From Fibrobacterales bacterium (GTDB taxonomy: Bacteria > Fibrobacterota > Fibrobacteria > Fibrobacterales > JAOPTW01): a DNA stretch of 64,000 nt. The DNA is taken from NCBI GenBank assembly GCA_051532055.1, contig JAOPTX010000007.1, positions 192,001 through 256,000 on the forward strand, in the 5' to 3' direction. Of the stretch, positions 40,963-49,141 are shown piece by piece. The position numbers and the translations under genes were made by a program. How positions within the stretch are numbered: position 1 is the first letter of the stretch; each line of letters opens with the position of its first letter. The notes beneath the pieces were generated by a model, which was not told where the DNA came from, searched no databases, and was given only the letters and a program-made list of their open reading frames with translations.

Positions 40963-41352
40963 ATGGCTACAGCAACTAAAAAAGCTGCTCCAAAAGCAGC
41001 TGCAAAAACAACAACGACAAAAGCTCCTGTAAAAGTAGCTGCAAAAGCAACTGCGAAAGCGGTTCCAAAAGCGGCAACAGTAAAAGCTCCTGCAAAAACT
41101 GCTTCTAAATCAGATGCATCTTTTGAATATTTTTCACCAGAGTCTTCTTCAGTCTACATAGCTGGATCATTCAGTAACTGGGAAATGAAAAAAATGAAAA
41201 AAGACAAAACGGGTAACTGGAAGTACAAAGCAAAAGTACCTAAAGGCGAGCATCAGTATAAATATGTATTCGAAGGTGTTTCTTGGGAAATTGACAATTC
41301 TGCCCCGACAGTGAACACAGAGCTTGGACTTAATAATATTATTAAGGTATAA
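40963..41352 (+). CDS. Lys/Ala-rich histone-H1-like tail fused to a CBM48 (AMPK-beta-type) glycogen-binding domain
   Basis: About 50 aa of A/K/P/T low complexity, then VYIAGSFSNW...GNW...GEHQYKYV...WEID...NNII. Confidence 0.85.
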   Translation: MATATKKAAPKAAAKTTTTKAPVKVAAKATAKAVPKAATVKAPAKTASKSDASFEYFSPESSSVYIAGSFSNWEMKKMKKDKTGNWKYKAKVPKGEHQYKYVFEGVSWEIDNSAPTVNTELGLNNIIKV

Positions 41353-41368
41353 TGGCTTAGAATTAAGA

Positions 41369-41403
41369 AACAAAAAATGCCCGACATAAGTCGGGCATTT
41401 TTT
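41369..41403. terminator. Bidirectional terminator; left copy of a 35-bp direct repeat
   Basis: AACAAAAAATGCCCGAC-ATAA-GTCGGGCATTTTTT. Confidence 0.9.
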
Positions 41404-41460
41404 GTTTGATAGTAAATATGATTATCTACCTTTAGTAAAAACCTATCCCAATATACTCCC

Positions 41461-43203
41461 ATGTACAAAATTCTCTTCATCATCCTATTTTTAGGCACAC
41501 CTCTCATATACCTTGACTCATTGATCGATCCCGTCTTAACGTCAAGGCACTTTTTTATCTCTGCCTCTCTAAGCATAATGCTGCTATTCCTAATTAAGCA
41601 CTATCGAAATAATTCAATCAAAGTACACATTGGCATTCCTCATTTTCTCTGGACAGGATATATACTCTTTTCAGCAATCTCCGTCACAAATGCCTACAAC
41701 ACTACTGATGCACTTTTTGAGCTCACGAAACTTCTATTAGTATTTGCACTACTCCTCACCTTTCAGTCAATTTTTGCGACACAATCTATCTCTGCTCATT
41801 TCATTTCAAGAATTATCACCCTCGTGACTTCATTTCAGGTACTCATCGGATACATTCAAAAATTAACCACACTCAACCTCTTTAATTCAAACCTAAATCA
41901 ACTAGGCACTCTTACCCACCCAAACCAATACTCAGTACATCTCTTACTTGCTCTCCCTTTCGTTATTTTTAATACCATACAATCTAAAGGAAAAGAAAAA
42001 ATAGCGAGCTCACTCATACTATCCTTCATGACAATAATGTTTCTATTGTCCAAAACTCGGTCTGTTTGGGTAGCTCTTGCGATCATGTTACTTTGCACTA
42101 TTATATACATTGTAAGAAACAAGAATATTACAGCCTCTCTATCCCGCTACTTAAAACTCCACTCTAGAGCTATATCCCTCTGGATACTTTTTACTATTAC
42201 TTTAGGGGCAATATCCATTGCATCTGACATTAAAGATATATCTCAACATGTAACAGATTTAGCAGAAGCTCAATCATCGGGTCGATTTATGCTCTGGGGC
42301 TATAGCTGGAACATGATTCAAGAACACCCCTTTCTTGGTGTTGGAATTGGAAACTGGAAACTCAATATTCCCGTTCACGGATCCACCTTTTATCAAAGAC
42401 CCCATAACGACTTTCTCTGGATACTTTCTGAATCAGGGCCCTTTGCACTACTGTCCTATATCTTCTTTATAGGTTACCTTCTCAAATCACTCTATCACTC
42501 AATTAGAAATAAGGCCCAAGTATTGACCAATCTTGAAATTCCTATTATGCTCATGCTCATAGGATTTATTAGCGTTTCTCAATTTACTTTTCCAAAGGAA
42601 CGTATACTTCACCTACTCTATTTTTCTTTAGCCACTTCTTATGTATTAAGTAAGAATAATTCGAAGTTTTCACTCACAATTAAAGCCTCTCACATATTGA
42701 TATTTTCATTCATACTCACTGCTGGTATCACTTGGTTTGGATATAACCGATTGATGAATGAATATTCATTTAAGAACATCAACCCCGACACGACTTCCTG
42801 TGAATCCTATAGCAACATCAATCATTTTTTTTATAACATGGACCAAACATCAACACCCATAGACTTCTATACGGGGTTATGCTACCTCAATCAAAAAAAA
42901 ATGCGAAAGGCAAATAAACATTTTTTAATAGCTCATACACTTTACCCAATGCACATAGACAACCATTTGAACTTGGCTACCAGTTATGGCTTTCTGAAAG
43001 AATATCAGTCGGGTGTTAATTCTTTTATAAAGCTTCTAGATATTTATCCCCATTCCAATAAAGCTTTGATTAACCTAGCTGTACTCAATTATCATTTGAA
43101 TGAAGTACAAAAAATTAGGTCTACTCTTGAGAGAGTAGACCTAAGCAAACTAAGTGGTGACTTAAAAAGCACGTATGATATGTTACTGAGCATTACTCAT
43201 TAG
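41461..43203 (+). CDS. O-antigen ligase / oligosaccharyltransferase (Wzy_C) family membrane protein with C-terminal TPR
   Basis: Many TM segments; GTLTHPN; SKTRS; R..LW...W.MI.EHPFLGVGIGNW; PHNDFLWILSESG. Confidence 0.88.
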   Translation: MYKILFIILFLGTPLIYLDSLIDPVLTSRHFFISASLSIMLLFLIKHYRNNSIKVHIGIPHFLWTGYILFSAISVTNAYNTTDALFELTKLLLVFALLLTFQSIFATQSISAHFISRIITLVTSFQVLIGYIQKLTTLNLFNSNLNQLGTLTHPNQYSVHLLLALPFVIFNTIQSKGKEKIASSLILSFMTIMFLLSKTRSVWVALAIMLLCTIIYIVRNKNITASLSRYLKLHSRAISLWILFTITLGAISIASDIKDISQHVTDLAEAQSSGRFMLWGYSWNMIQEHPFLGVGIGNWKLNIPVHGSTFYQRPHNDFLWILSESGPFALLSYIFFIGYLLKSLYHSIRNKAQVLTNLEIPIMLMLIGFISVSQFTFPKERILHLLYFSLATSYVLSKNNSKFSLTIKASHILIFSFILTAGITWFGYNRLMNEYSFKNINPDTTSCESYSNINHFFYNMDQTSTPIDFYTGLCYLNQKKMRKANKHFLIAHTLYPMHIDNHLNLATSYGFLKEYQSGVNSFIKLLDIYPHSNKALINLAVLNYHLNEVQKIRSTLERVDLSKLSGDLKSTYDMLLSITH

Positions 43204-45755
43204 GGAATTTTAAAACCTTTCATAACTCTTTTATTATCCCAATCATCATAAGTATAGAGAAAATATTCATCTGTAACAGCGATACTACCCCCGCTATATG
43301 TTGAACTTATCTTATCAATTGTTGTTTCAAGAAGATAAGAAGGAACAGTATTCCAGATAAGTCCATCCAAAGTATATTTTATATTTGACTGTCGCGAAAT
43401 CTCATCATAATAGATGACTATCGATCTTTGACCATTCGTAGCAATCGTTGTTAATTGATCTGGGAACTCCGCATAATCTGCATCCCACAATGGTATATCT
43501 TCCCAAATCATATTAACCAAACACTTCCTTGCTTTTTGATAAGAATAACAGAAATTGCCTTGATACTCAAACATATCTATCATTCCCCATGATGAACCAA
43601 TTTCAATATCTATAAATTTATCCCAAGACACTCCATCAATTGTTTTTTGAATATGGATTGTGCTATCTACATTTTGGGCTAAAAATATTGTATTCAGAAG
43701 ATTAACAAATTTGCCCCCATTAGAAACATACCTTTTTAATACTGTAGAATCCTCAAATATTGGCTCTATTATCTCCCAATTTTTTCCACCATCTGATCGC
43801 CACCCTTTAGCAATTTTACAGTATACCGCACTAGAGTCATTCCAGTTACATGTATCACTAATCACATATGCTATAATTTCATCATTAATAAAATTTAGCC
43901 CTGCAGACTTTCCTTCAAATAGATCATGCGACTCCAAAGTCCAGGTCTTCAGGCCTTCAGATGACCAAACCCCAACATCATCATAGGTCACCCTACCTGT
44001 CACATATTTTTTCCCTGTAGTAATCTGACTAAAATTTGTTGCAGATCCTTGTGAATACTGCATGTCAGGTAGACTAAAGCTTAACAGCTCTACTTCTTTT
44101 CTCACAGAAACATATTTACTTGCAGTATCCCCAATGCTATTTACTGCCCTAAAATGACATAAAACAGTTTCACGGTCTAGGCCAGGTCCTGTAATAAAAG
44201 TCGCTGTTAACCCTTCAACCCATTCACCATTGCCAATTTTCCACTCATTACTTACAACACCTTTCAAGCTCGTTGCATTGGCCGTAACTGTGACAGATGT
44301 ATTAGGGGCAACAACAGTATCACCACTCACCGTTACGATTGGATTAAAAATTGATGGTGGCGCTGTATTGATAGTATTAGACTCTGTACTCCGCCCTGTA
44401 ATTGGTAATTCTCCACTTGATGGAATTAAAACCTGAGCACTCACTCGATAAGCATAGGTTGGATAGCTCACATCTAGAGCTGTTAACTCCTGCATCTTCT
44501 GAACTTCATATAAATATTGCCAATCATATGATGCTGTATCCACGGTAACACTCTCATTTGTCTGATAAAGAATATCTATCATAGTCGTTCCAGAAAAACT
44601 TTCAACAATAGTATCAGAAGAATCCCACTGATTTATAGAGTCATTCATCTCAACCCTCTCCACCATATAAGACACCACTAACGAATCAGGAATAGAGTCC
44701 CAAGTAATAGTGGCTACCCCTAAAAGAGTATCATATACTGCTACCACATTAACCGGAACCGGGATAAGTACTTTCGGGCTTTGTACAGCCAGAATACTCT
44801 TCCCATAAGCACTCCCATCCATAGATGACCCATCGAGATTACTATAGCTACTTCTTACTCGTACTCTATATTCCAAACTGTGTGATGTAGTATCAGATAG
44901 CGTAAATATTGTATCCCCAGTGGCCCCATATACTACGTCATTAAACTGTGGCTCTATAGTCCTGCCAACTAAAATCCACTGAGGCTCTAAGTTACTCCCA
45001 AGATTACGCTCTACAAGATACTCTTGAAAGTGCTCATAACTAACTGGAGTCCAAGTCACCGTTACTCCACCCGATGCTCCATTATACACCGCCTCAACAT
45101 TTTCTGGAATAGGAATGCTGTTATACTGAAGCTCTATAGGTTCAGCTATTATTGTAGGTAATCCCGATTGAACTTGAACGGTAAGAACCGTATTACTAAA
45201 ATACTCTTGATTTGGAATCAACATCAATGTGTAGGTACCTTCAGGGACATCAGTAATTGCAAAAGTACCCGTATCTGATAAGTTCACATACATTGACGTA
45301 CCAACAAGATAGGCCATTACAGCACTCGGCTTGAGAAGTTCAACTCTTTTTCGAATTTCACCACTAATAGAACCTGGAATTTTTAATCCAATATCTCTAC
45401 GAAGGTCTGTATCAGGAGAGATAATAAGAGAATCTACAAAAGCCGATTCTGTAAGTGATTTTGCTACGATAGTGTACGTATTTTGCTCAGTAACATTAAA
45501 TGAGTAATTACCATTTGCATCGGTAAGAGTTTGTTGTACCGGTACGGGAGGTGCACCAAGACTATCAACTCCCCGCTTTGCTACAAACAATTGTACTTCT
45601 GCACCTGCAACGGTAATATTGTCTGAGGCAATAATTTTACCCCCCATATTACCTGTTTCTGTGCCACCGCCAGCACTATCATCACCATTAATCGCACTAC
45701 ACGATGTAACAACAACACTTATAAACATTAAAAAGATCCATTTTAAATTAAGCAT
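43200..45755 (-). CDS. Large surface lipoprotein (carboxypeptidase-regulatory-like and FN3-like domains, beta-rich C-terminus)
   Basis: VTSC lipobox then SAGGGTETGN; TDANGNYSF; GTFAITDVPEGTY; P.NV.AVY...TW repeated twice; start moved to 45755 after GGAGG. Confidence 0.78.
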   Translation of the reverse strand: MLNLKWIFLMFISVVVTSCSAINGDDSAGGGTETGNMGGKIIASDNITVAGAEVQLFVAKRGVDSLGAPPVPVQQTLTDANGNYSFNVTEQNTYTIVAKSLTESAFVDSLIISPDTDLRRDIGLKIPGSISGEIRKRVELLKPSAVMAYLVGTSMYVNLSDTGTFAITDVPEGTYTLMLIPNQEYFSNTVLTVQVQSGLPTIIAEPIELQYNSIPIPENVEAVYNGASGGVTVTWTPVSYEHFQEYLVERNLGSNLEPQWILVGRTIEPQFNDVVYGATGDTIFTLSDTTSHSLEYRVRVRSSYSNLDGSSMDGSAYGKSILAVQSPKVLIPVPVNVVAVYDTLLGVATITWDSIPDSLVVSYMVERVEMNDSINQWDSSDTIVESFSGTTMIDILYQTNESVTVDTASYDWQYLYEVQKMQELTALDVSYPTYAYRVSAQVLIPSSGELPITGRSTESNTINTAPPSIFNPIVTVSGDTVVAPNTSVTVTANATSLKGVVSNEWKIGNGEWVEGLTATFITGPGLDRETVLCHFRAVNSIGDTASKYVSVRKEVELLSFSLPDMQYSQGSATNFSQITTGKKYVTGRVTYDDVGVWSSEGLKTWTLESHDLFEGKSAGLNFINDEIIAYVISDTCNWNDSSAVYCKIAKGWRSDGGKNWEIIEPIFEDSTVLKRYVSNGGKFVNLLNTIFLAQNVDSTIHIQKTIDGVSWDKFIDIEIGSSWGMIDMFEYQGNFCYSYQKARKCLVNMIWEDIPLWDADYAEFPDQLTTIATNGQRSIVIYYDEISRQSNIKYTLDGLIWNTVPSYLLETTIDKISSTYSGGSIAVTDEYFLYTYDDWDNKRVMKGFKIP

Positions 45756-46605
45756 GTTTGCCTCCCTCATATTTTTTACTCAGTGGAAAAAGTTGAAAAT
45801 TAATTTGATAGACTCGTTCTTCATCAGAATCAGATTGAGCCTCTTTTAAAAGTTGTTTACGAGTATCTTGTAGAACTTGTTTCGCTTTACTAAACCCTTT
45901 CTTGGATAAACTCAATGAAAGGGTAGATATATCTCTCTGATCTGCGGGAAAGGTATCTAATGCTCTTTTAGCAAGCTCCATAGTCTCTAACTGAAAATTT
46001 TCTAGTTCTAAATTGTGAAATGTTTCATTACCGGTAGTAAGAGTATTAGATGTTTGATTAAACACTCCCTCTTCATTTTCAGAAATAATATTGAGGCGTT
46101 GTTGAAGCTCAACAGACTCTTTGGCCTCTTTTTCTGTAATAGCAGGAACCAACTGCTTAGATAGGTCACGATAATTTCCATCGAATGGAAAATAGTAGAG
46201 CATTTCACGTATGGCTATATGGTACCACTTCGAAAAATACTCATACATGTTTTTGTTAATCAGATTCATATTAACCTTCTTGTTATTGAGTAATCGTTTG
46301 TAATACCGGTTTTTCTCATCGACAGTCTTCGCCTGATTAAAGAAAACGAGGTTTTCGAAATAATCTGCTTCGAATTTATCAAAAGAAAGTGCAGTTACAC
46401 ATCCATCTAAATGTTTAGATGATATATTTCTGCGACCAGAAATGATGTCAGAGAGGAATCCATGCGATTTTAGACCTAATTTAAGTGCAAAATAGCGCTG
46501 AGAAAACTTTTTGTTCTCTTTTTTCATCATTTCGTAGTAATCCTTTATGTAAAGGCGAAAGTCTGCGTAATTAAAAATTGATATTACTGTATTGTTCATA
46601 CCCAT
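45748..46605 (-). CDS. TIGR02147/DUF4423-type protein with an N-terminal HTH
   Basis: IFNYADFR..IKDYY...FSQRYFA..LG..S...DIISGRR; W.H.AIRE; RDISTLSLS; VYQINFQLFPLS. Confidence 0.88.
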   Translation of the reverse strand: MGMNNTVISIFNYADFRLYIKDYYEMMKKENKKFSQRYFALKLGLKSHGFLSDIISGRRNISSKHLDGCVTALSFDKFEADYFENLVFFNQAKTVDEKNRYYKRLLNNKKVNMNLINKNMYEYFSKWYHIAIREMLYYFPFDGNYRDLSKQLVPAITEKEAKESVELQQRLNIISENEEGVFNQTSNTLTTGNETFHNLELENFQLETMELAKRALDTFPADQRDISTLSLSLSKKGFSKAKQVLQDTRKQLLKEAQSDSDEERVYQINFQLFPLSKKYEGGKHA

Positions 46606-46825
46606 AGTATAGGTTTCTCACAATGTGTTTTACATGATCTGGTCGTAAATGTAGAATCTTCTTCACTCAATTTGCGACCACTTTTTAACATATCAATTAG
46701 ACGAGTATAATGAATGAACGGTGCCAGAATGAACGAATTTTATCAGATTACTGAATCTTTTTAGCTTTTTTAGCGCATCCATGATCTCATAATACATAAT
46801 CACGACATTCAACTAAATGGTTCAC

Positions 46826-46860
46826 AACAAAAAATGCCCGACATAAGTCGGGCATTTTTT
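46826..46860. terminator. Terminator of lysA; right copy of the 35-bp direct repeat
   Basis: Identical in sequence and orientation to 41369..41403. Confidence 0.9.
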
Positions 46861-46880
46861 AATCTCTATTTTTAGTAATT

Positions 46881-48137
46881 CTAAACTTCAGAAAAGTCCA
46901 AAGTCGCAAAGTGATCTTCAATAGTCTCTGCACGACGAATCAATTTCACCGACCCATCATCTTGAAGCAACAACTCAGCAGAACGAAGTTTTGCATTGTA
47001 GTTAAAGCCCATCGAATGTCCATGAGCACCCGTATCATGAATCACTACTAGGTCACCCGATTCAATCTCAGGAAGCTTACGGTCAATGGCAAACTTATCA
47101 TTATTCTCACACAGTGAACCCGTCACATCATATGTTACAGTCGCTTCATCATTTTCTTTACCAGCTACAGTGACATGGTGATACGAACCATAGAGCGCTG
47201 GGCGCATAAGGTTTGTCATGCATGAATCAAGCCCTGCATAGGTTTTATACGTCTTCTTAATATGAAGACACTCAGATACCAAATAGCCATAAGGGCCTGT
47301 AACCATACGACCACATTCCATCACTATTTTAAATGGGTTAATACCATTGGCAATAATTTTTTCATCATAATATGCTTTAATCTTATCAGATATTTCTTGA
47401 AGTGATGGCTGTTTTTCTTCTGGCTTATAAGCCACACCGATGCCACCACCAAGGTTTGCAAATTCAAATTCAATACCAACTTCTTTATGCACGCGAACAA
47501 CCATATCAAATAAGATACCTGCAGTCTCTGCAAAATAGTCAGGGTTAATTTCGTTTGACGCAACCATCGTATGGAGACCAAAACGCTTAACTCCTTTCTC
47601 TTTTAAGACCTTAAAGCCTTCAACAATTTGATCGGCAGTAAACCCATATTTTGCATCCTCAGGTTTACCAATAATATCGTTCCCTTCTTTTAATGAACCA
47701 GGGTTATAACGAAAGCATACAAGATCAGGAAGACCACCACACTCTTTTTCTAAAAAGTCGATATGAGTAATATCATCAAGGTTAATGATCGCTCCCGCTT
47801 TTTTCGCCTCAACATACTCATACACCGGGGTATCATTAGAAGTAAAAATGATGTCTTCACCAGTTATACCTGACTTCTCAGAAAGAAGAATCTCAGGGTA
47901 TGAAGAACAATCTGCCCCCATACCTTCCTCTTTAAGGATTTTTAAAATGTATGGATTTGGAAGTGCTTTAACTGCATAAAAGTTCTTAAACCCACCAGGA
48001 ACCCAATCAAATGCCTTTTTAAACTCTTGCGCGTTTGTACGAATCGCCTTCTCATCATAAATATGAAAAGGTGTTGGATGTTCAGCAACAATATCGTTAA
48101 GCTGCTGAGCGCTAAAGGGGAGAGTTTTTTGAGACAT
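46881..48137 (-). CDS. lysA: Diaminopimelate decarboxylase
   Basis: PTPFHIYDE, YAVKALPN, NLGGGIG, ECGR, RPALYG, GSLCENND, HDTGAHG; start after GGAGG. Confidence 0.92.
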   Translation of the reverse strand: MSQKTLPFSAQQLNDIVAEHPTPFHIYDEKAIRTNAQEFKKAFDWVPGGFKNFYAVKALPNPYILKILKEEGMGADCSSYPEILLSEKSGITGEDIIFTSNDTPVYEYVEAKKAGAIINLDDITHIDFLEKECGGLPDLVCFRYNPGSLKEGNDIIGKPEDAKYGFTADQIVEGFKVLKEKGVKRFGLHTMVASNEINPDYFAETAGILFDMVVRVHKEVGIEFEFANLGGGIGVAYKPEEKQPSLQEISDKIKAYYDEKIIANGINPFKIVMECGRMVTGPYGYLVSECLHIKKTYKTYAGLDSCMTNLMRPALYGSYHHVTVAGKENDEATVTYDVTGSLCENNDKFAIDRKLPEIESGDLVVIHDTGAHGHSMGFNYNAKLRSAELLLQDDGSVKLIRRAETIEDHFATLDFSEV

Positions 48138-48297
48138 AGGTCCTCCAAGGTTCAATGGGGTATAAAGATACTTACCATACGCCCATTAGTCAATTACCCG
48201 CGGACTCTAGCCTCAATTGATGACGGAATTGTACAAATAGTACAAGATTGTCACATGCTCAATTTTCTCAATACTAAACCGATTTGGAGAGCGTATC

Positions 48298-49062
48298 TTA
48301 AAATATATAAGAGTAATGACAACTCACATTTTGTTCTAGCTGTGCTTTCTCATTAAGATGATGCCGTGAATAAGAGTGTTGATACTGAACGCTCATTTCA
48401 TGATGGCTAAAAATTCTATACCGAATAGCTCCAAATCCATAGATTTTATCAGATTCCGGTGAACGCCAAATATCTTTTGGGTCATCATACCGGTAGAGAT
48501 AATAGTACCCTACTCCGCTTTCAAATGAAAAGCCTTGGTCTAACTGGTACCCTACTTTGAGAGTAACGTCAGTAGGGTGATAATCAATGTCTTGTGAAAA
48601 TTGCGGTGTATACTCCATCAACCCTTCACCCCAAATCCTCTCTGAAAAACGATATTTCACCCTCGGCGCCACAGTATATTGATGCCAAAAGTCATCCTTT
48701 TGGCTATAGCCTATTGCCGTCATCCCTAATAATATACTCCAATGAAGCTTCTCTTTAATTAAGGCCCCTTCCTCATCCAACTGTGGGTCAGTTAAAAGAA
48801 CACGCCATAACAATGGCCATAAATGACGCTCCCATCGAGGGGAAACATCATTCCACACATCCAGTCCAGATAAAGGATCGACATCTATATTTTTACTATT
48901 AAGAAGGCCAGAAGAGTCTATTGGTATTGTCAAGCTGGTTGTAATCCTTGAATAATCACCAACATTTTTAACGGGACGATCAATTTCATTTTGAAAATTA
49001 TTGTGACTGGTCATACTACATGCACTTAATGTAATGATACACCAGAGTAGAAAAGCTTTCAT
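48298..49062 (-). CDS. Hypothetical exported protein with a lipobox and a beta-barrel-like C-terminus
   Basis: LSAC lipobox; aromatic amphipathic strands; ends YSYIF. Confidence 0.6.
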   Translation of the reverse strand: MKAFLLWCIITLSACSMTSHNNFQNEIDRPVKNVGDYSRITTSLTIPIDSSGLLNSKNIDVDPLSGLDVWNDVSPRWERHLWPLLWRVLLTDPQLDEEGALIKEKLHWSILLGMTAIGYSQKDDFWHQYTVAPRVKYRFSERIWGEGLMEYTPQFSQDIDYHPTDVTLKVGYQLDQGFSFESGVGYYYLYRYDDPKDIWRSPESDKIYGFGAIRYRIFSHHEMSVQYQHSYSRHHLNEKAQLEQNVSCHYSYIF

Positions 49063-49097
49063 TCTATAGCCCTTAAATTACTAAACAGGGAGAATAT

Positions 49098-49123
49098 AAA
49101 AAAAGCCTTCAAAAGAAGGCTTT
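49098..49123 (-). terminator. Rho-independent terminator
   Basis: Minus strand AAAGCCTTC-TTTT-GAAGGCTTTTTTT. Confidence 0.8.
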
Positions 49124-49141
49124 AAGACTGAATTGAGAACA

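Noticed and set aside
48138..48297. Canonical lysine riboswitch before lysA
   Set aside because: Space is too short once a promoter is allowed for, and the conserved aptamer motifs were not found.
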